DNA from: Tubiluchus corallicola
Lineage: Eukaryota; Animalia; Priapulida
Direction of reading: 5' to 3'
Assembly (NCBI GenBank): GCA_030141605.1
Contig: JAQGDQ010000931.1
Span: 15,593-79,592 of the forward strand
DNA length: 64,000 bases
The notes under the pieces were generated by a model. That model ran no database searches and was not told the origin of the DNA. It saw only the letters and a list, made by a program, of their open reading frames with translations. The position numbers and the translations under genes were made by a program. Below are positions 25,361 through 37,196 of the stretch, one piece after another (within the stretch, counting starts at the first letter, position 1; each line of letters opens with the position of its first letter).

Positions 25361-26656
25361 CAAACATAAAATACCATCAGAATTCCCCATATGTTTAGTA
25401 TAGGCCAAAAAACTATTTTGGTAAATATTGTAAATGTGTTAAATCTCCAGATAATGTTAGGAAATGAAATGAAAAGTTTTTAAATTCATGCACTTATGTA
25501 ATTAATTACAGCCTTCTCTTGTATTTTTAATTGTAGATTCATTTTTATTGTACAGCACTATTGCTCACAGTAGTGAACAACTTATTATATTATTAATTTT
25601 TCAATGTGTAGTTTACCGTTCAATGATTTGCAAGTTTTTTTTAACAATATAGAATTTTATTACGTTACTATTATGTTACTATTTGTATATTGCCCGTGTA
25701 CTACGACGGTATTTGGTAAATAAAATGAATTGAATTGTACTAATGGGTCCTACTGGTTTGTAGGTAGCGAGCCTGCTTTAACAGGTGACATTACTATCGA
25801 TTCTCTATTAATCCTTGATTACGCCGGACGAATGACCGACTTCTTCGTATCTTCAACAGAGGCAACCACTGATATGATAGGTAATAAAACTTTAAATTGA
25901 ATTTACCTGTGCCATTTTGTCGTCATTGTTATGGCGCGTTCATACCAGCCAGTTTTCTCCCTGACAAGAAGGCATGCTATAGATCAGGCAATCAATCATT
26001 CAAAACAAATAATAGTACAATTATGTCAATACTGTTCAAGACATAAAATAAATTATATCATTACACAAGCACAAGAGTGAAAAGTAAAATTGTCAGAATT
26101 AAAAAGAGGTTCTTTGTAAAGAAAATTGTAAAGATTATTATTATTTGTTCTGGCTTTTTTATTAATATTTTTATTTCTTTATAGCATTGAAAACGCAACG
26201 ATGGTCTGCTCTAATAAACAACATCTTAATATTGAATTAAATAATTTTCTTTATTTTTTTGTTATTTTGTTTTTATACAAACTTTTTTTTGATTTTCTTT
26301 ATTAAACAAAACCAGAAAAAGCGAGTACGAAAAGCAAAAAGCGATACATCATTATATGCGGGGTCATTGTACCTGCTCGTGTTTTAAACTGTGATAAATT
26401 GAGAAACAATTATTTACAATACCGTCAATTATAGTTTACGTAATTTTCAGATAGTAAACAAACAACTCTGACAACAATACAAGCAAACAAAACTTGATCT
26501 TCGTTTCTAGTTTTTTCAAGAGTTTTACAGCCTTTTTGCAACGTTTTGTTCTCATTATTTGATTATAAAATTGTATTGTTTTTTATAAAGTCTAATTATT
26601 TTTGCTATAACTCAATAATGATTTATGATTAAAATGTATGAAACATTTGTGTGTTG
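25358..26656. repeat. Right arm of the ~1.3-kb inverted duplication
   Basis: Reverse complement of 21646-22940. It begins inside the integrase ORF at an AAACAAA microhomology. Confidence 0.95.
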
Positions 26657-26684
26657 AGTAATACGTAACTGAACGTAAAGTACA
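26657..26684 (-). other. Oxford Nanopore ligation-adapter-like sequence (probable artefact)
   Basis: AGTAATACGTAACTGAACGTAAAGTACA compared with the reverse complement of the ONT adapter AATGTACTTCGTTCAGTTACGTATTGCT, which is AGCAATACGTAACTGAACGAAGTACATT. Confidence 0.9.
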
Positions 26685-26691
26685 CGAAGAT

Positions 26692-27560
26692 TTTGCTGGC
26701 CTATTTGTTTAGCCCGCGATTTTCGAAGTTTAATCGCAAAACCGACAAAATGTTTTGGGGGATAAATGAAACTTGACCTGATTTCATTAGAAAGAAGCCA
26801 TGAAATTCAATAAAACTTGGTGTCAAATTTTAAGTTATTCCCTTTTAATTTTTGTTTTAATATAAGGAAAATTTGTTTTTTACATTTAAAGCAAATTTTA
26901 CTTTAAAACAAATGTTGTATGTACTTTTTAGTTTACTGATTTATATGTTTATATAGGTAAGAGTTGCTGTAATAGAAGCTCTTAGGACACATGGCTCATT
27001 TGATGGATAGAGACAATTAGAAGATCAATTACCCAAACTGGTTCCTGGTATCGTGCGTCTTTACAGTAGACATCAAGAAAACCCATTTCCCATAACACAG
27101 TGAGTAGACATCAAGAAACCCATTTCCTATAACACAGGTGAGTAGACATCAAGAAAACCCATTTCCTATAACACAGGTGAGCAGACATCAAGAAAACCCA
27201 TTTCCTATAACACAGGTGAGGAGTCATCAAGAAATCCCATTTCCTATAACATTATAGGACAGAAAATCATTTCCTATAAACACAGAGGAGACATCAGTAA
27301 CCCTATTTCCTATGGAACACAGGTGAGCAGACACAAAAACCCATTTCCTATAATATTTTAAGCAGACAGAAAATCCATTTCCTTATAACACAGGTGAGTA
27401 GACATCAAGAAAACCCATTTCCTTATAACACAGGTGAGTAACACTGTGGTGAGCGAGACATCAAGATTATTTCCTATAACACAGGTGAGAGTCATCAGAA
27501 ATCTCCATTTTTATAACACAGGTGAGGACATCAGAAATTCATTTTTATACTGGTGAAGAG
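26692..27560 (+). repeat. Error-rich fold-back copy of 27590-28436, including a frameshifted copy of MROH1 exon 7
   Basis: Reverse complement of 27590-28436, with many 1-3-nt indels that increase toward the fold point. Confidence 0.9.
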
Positions 27561-27589
27561 ACACAAGAAAAACTCACTTCCCATAACAC

Positions 27590-28054
27590 AGGTGTTATAG
27601 GAAATGGGTTTTCTTGATGTCTGCTCACCTGTGTTATAGGAAATGGGTTTTCTTGATGTCTACTCACCTGTGTTATAGGAAATGGGTTTTCTTGATGTCT
27701 ACTCACCTGTGTTATAGGAAATGGGTTTTCTTGATGTCTACTCACCTGTGTTATAGGAAATGGGTTTTCTTGATGTCTGCTAACCTGTGTTATAGGAAAT
27801 GGGTTTTCTTGATGTCTCCTCACCTGTGTTATAGGAAATGGGTTTTCTTGATGTCTCCTCACCTGTGTTATAGGAAATGGGTTTTCTTGATGTCTCCTCA
27901 CCTGTGTTATAGGAAATGGGTTTTCTTGATGTCTGCTCACCTGTGTTATAGGAAATGGGTTTTCTTGATGTCTACTCACCTGTGTTATAGGAAATGGGTT
28001 TTCTTGATGTCTACTCACCTGTGTTATAGGAAATGGGTTTTCTTGATGTCTACT
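27590..28054 (-). repeat. 39-bp minisatellite made of the MROH1 exon 3' end plus its splice donor, 12 copies
   Basis: Minus-strand unit AGACATCAAGAAAACCCATTTCCTATAACACAG|GTGAGT, translating as RHQENPFPITQVS. Confidence 0.95.
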
Positions 28055-28162
28055 GTAAAGACGCACGATACCAGGAACCAGTTTAGGTAATTGATCTTCT
28101 AATTTGTCTCTATCCATCAAATGAGCCATGTGTCCTAGAGCTTCTATTACAGCAACTCTTAC
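28019..28162 (-). CDS. MROH1: Maestro heat-like repeat protein 1, coding exon 7
   Basis: VRVAVIEALGHMAHLMDRDKLEDQLPKLVPGIVRLYSRHQENPFPITQ, flanked by AG and GTGAGT. Confidence 0.9.
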
Positions 28163-29242
28163 CTATATAAGCATATAAATCAGTAAACTAAAAAGTACAT
28201 ACAACATTTGTTTTAAAAGTAAAATTTGCTTTAAATGTAAAAAACAAATTTTCCTTATATTAAAGAGCAAAAATTAAAAAGGAATAACTTAAAATTTGAC
28301 ACCAGTTTTATTGAATTTCATGGCTTCTTTCCTAATGAAATCAGGTCAAGAAGTTTCATTTATCCCCCAAAACATTTTGTCCGGTTTTGCACGTTAAACT
28401 TCAGAAAATCGCGGGCTAAACAAATGGGCCAGCAAAGGCTTCCTCAGATATAGCGTCATTTGTGTGGCGCTAAATTTGTAAACAATGCTATGCAGCAATA
28501 AATAAATTCAAATGCTGGCATAACTAAGGACTAAAAAGTTTCTAACATTACCTAGCGAGTAAAACACGCAAAATGAAGTTCCAGAGTATCTTTGAAAATC
28601 ACACCTTCACACCCGATTTCCTTTTATATAAACCAAGAAAAAGTTAAAAGCATCAGAATAATCTTAGTTAAAGCTTTTCCTTTCTGCTTTTTTGTAAAAC
28701 TGAAACTTCACAAAGTACTCTGTATTTGACCTTTAAGCTGATATCATATTTTAACCTTTCACTTTACAGACTGTATTTTCAACAATTATGAAACAGTAAA
28801 ACAAGAACTATTATGTCAAAAATTATTAAGTTTAGCCTTTATAGCTTAGCATAAGAAAAATTTGCGATTTATATTCCTATACAATTCAGCGTTAATAGCA
28901 AGATGAAATGAAGATCAGAAGTGTAGCCAGGTTCTAAAGTTAGGGGAGTAAGCACATAAAAAAATGACATATGAAGCAATTATATGTTTGCCTATTACAA
29001 TAACAGCATGCGACAAGACTATATTATAATAATTAGATTTTGAGGCAATTTGATACTTGGTTCAATCAGTCAACTGTGATAAACGAGCTGTGTAAATGCA
29101 CACTCATTTTAAATAAATGGGATGCAAATTGGTCAAATAAAGTAATATGTAGGTCGTTGAAAAGGTGCCATTTAGAAAAATGTGCTGGGGGCATGGTTGC
29201 TCCCCTTGCCCTATTTGCTACGCCACTGAATTTCATGAATAC

Positions 29243-29394
29243 CTTCACTTCTTTACTTTGCAGCCAAACATTGAATAAGACATCATAAGCTGAATCAATT
29301 TCATGAGCAAAGATGCTAGCTTTGACGCTCTGGTCTGGTGCTTTGTCGATGTTTGCAATGTAATCCAGTATAGACTCACTGAATTTTGCTAGAG
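29243..29394 (-). CDS. MROH1: MROH1 coding exon 6
   Basis: ALAKFSESILDYIANIDKAPDQSVKASIFAHEIDSAYDVLFNVWLQSKEVK; canonical splice sites, phases consistent. Confidence 0.92.
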
Positions 29395-29777
29395 CTGAAA
29401 CAGAAGCAGTATGACACCGATCAAGGTTAGCATATATATTCTGTACGATGAAACTGTTTACCTGTTGCTACGAGGTTTATATAAATAACAAAAATGCACA
29501 GTTTTTTTAAAATTATTATCTGCGGGCAGTTAAGAAATTTGGGTTGAGCAATTAGAACGTGTTGCAGCATGTGATTGAAATAAAAGGAACTAATTACTAC
29601 AAACAGCTCTCACGTTTGAAAAAATTATACAAGCCACAAATTGTACAAATAGAAAGTGTGAGATGTACTGCTATAAAAAGCAATGTCCATTTAATGTTCT
29701 GTAATAGATACTCACTGTCTACAGATCAGAATTTGCACTCTAATTAGCCATTATTTCAAATCAATAGAAAAAAGAAA

Positions 29778-29944
29778 CAATAATAATAATAAATAATAAT
29801 GATGATGATGATGATGATGAAGATGATGATGATGATAATAATAACAACAGCAACAACAACAACAACAGCAGCAGCAGCAGCAGCAGCAGCAGAAACAGCA
29901 ACAACAACAACAACCACAACAACAACAGCAACAATAATAATAAT
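29778..29944. repeat. Compound trinucleotide microsatellite (AAT/GAT/CAA/CAG)
   Basis: Seen directly in the sequence. Confidence 0.9.
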
Positions 29945-31822
29945 TAGACCATCAATGACGATTTTTCAAGTTCAAACTGGCTGACACTGCCATAAATACT
30001 GCACCATGACAGTACTAAGTAACCAACATTGTAAATTTAGGATTTGCCAAGGTCACGAAGATCAAAAACCAAGTGATCTTTCCTTTCATTGGATACGACT
30101 TTTCCGAATGAAATCTACCCGGTATTCAAAATTAGTAAATGTACATTTCTTTTGATGCTTACAATCATCTGAAGTAACCGGCTGCCCTGAAAAGGGACCT
30201 TTTGCTCATTTGCTGACGTAATCTCTAGCATCCAAAGTATGACAAAATTACATACAATATTTATCAAGCCCATTTACTTCAGGTGTTTTAAAAATGAAAA
30301 GTGTATAATAAAATAATTCAATTTATGTAATTTAGTAATCATCCAAATTTATATAACCCAGTTCTATTACTGAACTTTAATATATGGATGTGTGTGCATA
30401 ACATGCCCAAAAAATAAAGACAAAATTAGAAACTACAATGAATCTGGTTGAAATTCCAAGTCGTCGTGTGTAGAGATTGACTCGTGTTGTCATGTATAAA
30501 ATTCAGTAGAAATTTCCAAACAGCCAGGTGTGGCCAATTAATTACTCTTTAAGTGATCACTGCGACAGTGATCCATTTGATTGACCTGGTCATATAATAC
30601 CCTGTACATTTCTGCGAACTGACAGTGACATTCACTTCGATGCTGACGAACCTGTGACAGTAAATCACGAGTTTGAATGAAATTTTTACTGTACTTTGGT
30701 AGTGCCGGGGAATTTGTTTTTGTTTTTTATCATTGTCACATCACGTAAACCAAAAGGTGCAGTCAAAGGCTCAACGTTTAAACAATCCCCATCTTTCAAT
30801 GCTAGGGTAGTCAATCTAAAAATATTGGAAGCAAGGCTAAGCATGGCATCAAACCATAGCAATTTTTGAAATATGATTAAAACTTGTGCTGTTTCAGCCA
30901 TTGTGCCATTTAAACTAGCCAATGGACGAATAAATGACAGAATGGATAACTAAATAACCACATATATTTGAGTGGATGAACAAACGGACAAATAAATAAA
31001 CAAACAAAAGAACTAAGAAACGAATGAACAAATAAATGAAAGACGATACCTCAGACGATGTATTGTTTTTCGTTAACACCTGTGGAAAACTTTCAGATGT
31101 TTTTTGTCTTTTTAGATGGTGCTTCACGAGAATGGGCACACCTTTAGGCCTCATTTATTCTTATAAAACTTGATGATATCACAAATGCATACATCAAAAA
31201 AATATGATCCAAACTTAACTCTGCGAAAAATCACAACCCCAAAAATCACAAAATCGCAATTCTGTGCAATAAGCATGACACAGTATCTATGTTATCTGCT
31301 GTCATAATATATGGTATATGCTGATTGATGCCATATCTGTAATAGATGTCATCAAAGGTGAATGTGAAGCAAACTCACTGACGATATTTCACTGTATGAC
31401 TGTGATGTAAAACGCTGATGTTTCCTTATGGTACTTTGACCAAGTCGAAGTATAGAAAAAGTACTGTGTCATGATTGTAACGAAAACAGTCATTGTTTAG
31501 AAAAGCTATCAACTAATGTAACACATTTTAAATCGCAAAAAAATACAAAAAAGGTTGTCACATTTTGATTAGACAAACTGTTAAGAAAGCTGGTTAGTGT
31601 GTATTTTGCAGCTATAAGCACCCATGAAACATAAATGTCAAAATGAAAATGTGTATGCATTAGTAAATTGAATCTATATCAGTAGAAGTATTAGTGATGA
31701 CTGGCATATCTCTATAATGTCGGTAGAGTATTGTCTACATTGATTCATATGAAACTCAGTTTGACAGTGATTGGATATCATTATGTTTTAGAACATATGT
31801 TTTGTATCTGTAGGTCTATTGA

Positions 31823-32950
31823 TTATTTTGTCATTGAATCATTATAAAACTTATAGATAATTATAATTATAAGGATTATTGTTGTTGTGTCATATACTAG
31901 AGTTCTGCTAGTTGCAGCGTTGATCACAGAGGCATGGAAAGTTTCATTTCGAAATTTATGCTTTGAATAAAAGTGCTGAAAATAAATCCATTCTGCATAA
32001 TAAGAAAGTCTCACAGCTATAATCACCGACGTGTTGTCAAAGGCTTCCCTTGGGTCATCGATTTCATCATATTTAGTGGTGCTATGGTGAATTCCAATTA
32101 CTTCACCTGTTTCTTTTAATTTCCACGCACCTCCTGAGTCACCAAAACCACCTAAGCGTCCTGGATAATGTGCACAAATAAAAATCGTTAGGTTTTCCTT
32201 CTGGCAATCACCTGTATTAGTAACTACGAATGTTGCCTCCTGCATATGTCGCAGCAGCTTTTCTGGTCTGTCACTCAGTGGGTCAGATCCCCAACCTGTA
32301 AGAATGATCTCCTTATTAAGGTAAGTGTCACTACACACGGGTATCTTAGTAGGAGGCTGAACATCGTCCTCATATTCAACAGGCTGGTTCAGTCTCACAA
32401 AAGCAATATCATGGTCAGTTGTCTTAGGATTATAATTTTCATGCACCGTGTACGAGGAAATGTAGCAGGTTTGACTGGGTTCATATAACATGGTGTTCCC
32501 AAGATATACTGACAAATGTGATCCTGTAGATGTGACATCTTCAAAACAGTGAGCCAGTGTTAAAACATGTCTGTCATCAATAAGGACTCCTGCACAAAAT
32601 ATATCAGGAGTAAAAATAGCAACCATGTACGGATATTCCCACTCTTCAGCATCTTGCCCACCATGAATTCTTGGTTCAGCAAGCAGCTTTTGTTCACAGT
32701 TCGTTCCTGTATATCCACTGATACAAGTGCAAGTGTACTTATTGACTTCATTGGTACATGTTGCTCCATTCTGACAAGGTTTTGAAGAGCACTCATCAAT
32801 AACTTTTCCATTTGAACCTGGAGTAGGTGTAAAAGACTGAGCAGTTGCTGACAGATGTGTGCCGAAGCAGAACCATGTGATAAATGAGAATAAAGATGCA
32901 GTAGCAAGCCACAATTCTGCTTGCATTAGAAGAAATATAGAAGAAAACAT
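31823..32950 (-). CDS. EGF-domain trypsin-family (S1A) serine protease, single-exon ORF nested in an MROH1 intron
   Basis: Hydrophobic N-terminus, EGF domain DECSSKPCQNGATC...CE, activation site R-IHGG, catalytic triad motifs TLAHC / DHDIAF / GDSGG, hydrophobic C-terminal tail. The start codon is uncertain. Confidence 0.88.
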   Translation of the reverse strand: MFSSIFLLMQAELWLATASLFSFITWFCFGTHLSATAQSFTPTPGSNGKVIDECSSKPCQNGATCTNEVNKYTCTCISGYTGTNCEQKLLAEPRIHGGQDAEEWEYPYMVAIFTPDIFCAGVLIDDRHVLTLAHCFEDVTSTGSHLSVYLGNTMLYEPSQTCYISSYTVHENYNPKTTDHDIAFVRLNQPVEYEDDVQPPTKIPVCSDTYLNKEIILTGWGSDPLSDRPEKLLRHMQEATFVVTNTGDCQKENLTIFICAHYPGRLGGFGDSGGAWKLKETGEVIGIHHSTTKYDEIDDPREAFDNTSVIIAVRLSYYAEWIYFQHFYSKHKFRNETFHASVINAATSRTLVYDTTTIILIIIIIYKFYNDSMTK

Positions 32951-34280
32951 TAGAATGAAAGCTTACAGATCCAGAAATGAGTGAAAAAGGTTGTTAAATC
33001 TTGGTATCAAAAGCATTATGCCATAAAATTGCGATTACCTTTTCAAAAGAAATTCATTACATGGAGGATTACATTTGGTGAATTTATAGCCTGAATATTG
33101 CATGTTACCAATGATCTGTCTTTTTATTAAGAATTTTTAGAATGTTGTTATGAAAAACAAAAAAAAAGATGTTGAGACTTACACCATTGTAACAATAACA
33201 TTGTTCATTGTTGTTTAGAACTTTCGATGTTATTGTAAACCAGTGCAGGACAAAGTTTCAATGCTGCTGCAATAATCAGATATGCAGAAAAACGTGCAGA
33301 AGTTTAGACTACAATACTACTAGAAGCAAGTACTCTGCAAAGTTAATATTGCGTGGCAAAATACTGCAATACATTAGCATCTGGCTGTGAAATGTTCAGG
33401 TTTATAGCTTTTGCAGTTATGACTGAAAACCAATTGCAGATTAAAAATTTAAATCTCGGAACAAGGTTGCCTAAATATATATTAAAAAACAGGCACGCTG
33501 AGATGCTTGTTGCATGCCAGCAAAACAATAAAGAAACCAAATCAACCAGGTTACATCATGGTTTTACAAAATTATTCTATTTTACATACTCTAATAATAT
33601 AAAAAGTCATAAAACCGCATTACAGAAGTACACACAGGTCAGCAAATAACAGTGAAATGTACATTCGTTTGAAGTCAGCAAAAGTAACTATCGAACTAAG
33701 TAAGTGCATGAGTGAATTGGCAAACAATTATATAAGTGAGTAAGTAAGTAGTTTACAAAACCTAATTAGTTATTTTATGAAAAGTAAGCCTTCATTCCTG
33801 TGACTTTAGCAATTTTATTACGATGACTTCTGACCATTTCACAAATTTGGTGAATCCATCTAGCCGTGAACTTTAATTTCCTATAATTATTACATAATTG
33901 TTTGCGACATTGCCTTCAGATGCCCTTTCGGTGACCCCAGATGGCCCAAAATTTATGACCTTGGTCATTCAGTTTGACATGCATTTTATGCAAATGTTAG
34001 TACACACCAAAAATCTAAGATGAATGACAAAATGTTTTGGCAAAATAAAGAAAATTAAGTCACTTGTCAACAACGTTCCATGTTTTAATGAATTATGACA
34101 AACCGCCTCAGCATAAGCTTTATTTGAAAATCTTACACCAGTTTGCAATATCTTACATATGTTTGCCTCATTTCCATGCCCTTTAAGTGACTCAGCTGGG
34201 CCAAGATGTGGCAGTGTTAAACCTATCTCGCCCTAAACTTTAATTTGATATATTACACAATATGTTTGAGAAATTCCTTA

Positions 34281-34795
34281 TAGATGACCTTTAGGAGACA
34301 CCAGGTGAGCCAACATTTATTAATGTCAACCCGCCTCACCCCAAGCTTTAATCTGGTATATTACTTGATACGATTGACACATTCCTTGTTGATGACCTTT
34401 GGGCCACCCTGGGTGGGGCAAAATTTGGCAGTGTCAAAAACTCTAGCATTACAATACTTTCTGTATGTTGCATCTGTTTGGCCTTAAAGTTGTCAAAGAA
34501 TATGCACTGTATCTGTTTTGGCAGAAACGGTCCCTGTAGATGATGTTTAGGTGACCCCAGGTGAGCCAACATTTGTTAGTGTCAAATCTGCCTTACCCCA
34601 AGCTTTAATTTGATATATTACTCGATAAAATTGAGACATTCCCCTGTTGATGATCTTTGGGTGGCCCCAGGTGGGCCTAAATTTTGCAGTGTCAAAATTC
34701 TAGCATTACAATGTTTTCTGTATGTTGCATCTGTTTGGCTTTAAAACTGTCAAAGACTATGTACTTTTTCTTTGTTTTGGTATAAATGGTCATTT
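34281..34795. repeat. Two diverged tandem copies of a ~256-bp unit
   Basis: TAGATGA...CCAGGTGAGCCAACATTT at 34281 and 34537. Confidence 0.8.
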
Positions 34796-34829
34796 TTACA
34801 CCCTAGCAGAAGCCAAATTAACAGAAAGT

Positions 34830-35310
34830 GAATAAGAAAGCTGAGATGATTGATAGCCCAGATCAATATTCCAGAAGAGATACATTAGAACTAAGCGGAA
34901 TCCCAGTGGCACGCTGTGAAAACACTAATTTGATTGTGTGCAATGTTGCTGCATATATGGGAGTTACGCTCCATGATGAAGATATTAGTACGTCTCAGAA
35001 TACAACCACCACGGAAGACAATAATTCCTAAACTACTGGTTAAGTTCTCACGTAGAGACATCCACGATGAATTTTATAGCAAAAGAAGAAAAGTTGGGAG
35101 TACTAAGGACTTTACATGTGCCTCATATGGTGATAACAAAGTTTATATAAATGAATAGGCATTACCAGCTAACCAATGCACACTTTATCAGAAATGTTTG
35201 GAATTTCGTAGGGCCAACCATTATAAATTTCTATGGACTAGCTATGGCAAAATGGAAAATAGTCAAGCTGTTGTTATCAACTCGCAAAGAGATCTGGATG
35301 CTTTAAAATA
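34830..35310 (+). mobile_element. Degenerate LINE ORF1-like fragment
   Basis: DQYSRRDTLELSGIP...EDIS...PKLLVKFSRR...VYINE...YKFLWTSYGK across frameshifts and stops. Confidence 0.7.
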
Positions 35311-37196
35311 AACAACACCTGTGATATTTACTGTGTAAGCTGATCATGATTAATTATGATAACAGATCATTTTCCTTGCTCATTTTGTCACAAAAACTGC
35401 AAAGGAAACCAATGTTCTCTTAGGTGTGACGTATGTCACAAACAGTGTCACTTAAAGTGCATCTCCTCCTAGGGCTTTCGTTTTTTTCCAAATTTTTTTT
35501 CACAAGTATTTGGGCACTGTGGCGTAGATGTGCACCTCGAGTTTTCAAAAAACTGGCAAGCTTTAAATGCCCGAGTGTGGAGCCAAAATGCAAAATTTGG
35601 GGACCCCAATTTGTGACTTACATGCTAACAGCTAGGGACACAAAACTCACAGGGCACACTCTTTAGGCAAGGTTTATCTATGTATGCATGTGACCCGAGT
35701 TGCCGGGTCAAATGTCACAGAGCAGGCAGGTTTCCATTTATTTTTCTTTAGGGTCCACTTGCTCCTATAGTTTTTGAGCTAGGGTCACAATATTTGGTAT
35801 GTGGGTAGGTGGGGTGAAGTTGTTGGATAAGGCAGAATATGGGTCAACTGGAGAGCGAAAATTTTCCTTGCCCACTTGACATTAGTTTGTCTGATGTCTG
35901 ACCTTACCATACAAAGTCATTTAATTTTAACTTGCAAAATGATTATCACCAGATTCGCCAAGTAATATGGCTGATACATTAATGTTAAGTAAATTTACAA
36001 ACTTACACAAGTTTTTTACAAACAGTAATTATTAAGCTAACGGACAATGTTTACAGTATCCAATATATTTATTAAAATGACTGTTCAGTGAGGAAATGAT
36101 AATTATTTTGCAAGATTTTGCGTCATTATTTTGAGTAATGGGCATTTACAGTCAAAATGTCACAATACTAACAAATCTACTACTGTAACAAATAAACAAG
36201 ACTTTCAGCTGAAAGACTTTACGCTCTACTGCAGTGAACTTTGACAAACTAACCTCGTCCTGGCTATGAACAGAAATTTACTATAAATAGCCTACAGTGA
36301 GCAGCCAAGCTCACTTTATGAGACTAGTGTGGCAAAGATACGTGGTGGTAAAGATTTGTTAAAATTTTTGATTGTTAAGACAATTCCATGTGATTTTTGT
36401 TTGTTTATTTTTTGTGGCTGGAAGCAATTTGGTTTTGAAAACACAAATCAAGTGCAAACATTTTAAAAGATACATTTTGGTGCAGGTAGTAAAAGATACT
36501 AAAAGGCCTTAACATCACATTTTATACTAACAGTAAGGCTAAGGAGCAAACAAGCACAGGACTATATGACAGTAAAACTAAACGAATTCACAGGAAATAT
36601 TTATACTACCCACTTGAACTCAAGACTTTTTATCATGGGAAAAATGCACACTGTAGTTTATAACAAATGCTAAAAGTGACAAATTAATGCATGCGTCAAG
36701 CAATGGTCCATTTTCTGTTCCTGGAAGTTAAGCAGCTTTTGTTAAGGTCCTAAAAACATAGATGCAAGTAGATTTTTTACAAGCAAGCTACTTAATCACC
36801 CTGCATTATGAGTTTAGCCAAGGTGATTCTAGAGCAAAAACAGTTTAAAAATAACTGGAAACAGAACGGTATATTGTATCCTATTCTTTAGTGTTTTCTG
36901 CAATAGCTGATAGGCGATTGTCTCCATCTGATTCTATCTGTAAGTGCACGTGATACTGTGTTATAAGTTATGTAACTAGTGTGCAGTGATGTTTTAGTTC
37001 AACAGACAAAAAATAAAAACTTTCGTAAGGCCTTTGATGGAGCTTAAAAAGAGTAAAAATCTAATAGTCTGAGTAGCAGCCAACAGATCATAGGCAAGAA
37101 TTACATCACAGTAATAAACATGATATATAGAACAACAAGTATTTTAATGAGTATCATATTTTATGCTTTTGTAGATCAAGTTCTCATGAAGACAAC

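Noticed and set aside
26957-27099. Second MROH1 exon 7 on the plus strand as a paralogue or pseudogene
   Set aside because: It is part of the error-rich fold-back next to the adapter-like sequence and is best explained as raw-read noise.
29799-29984. Poly-M/T/A ORF
   Set aside because: It is a translation of a compound trinucleotide microsatellite.
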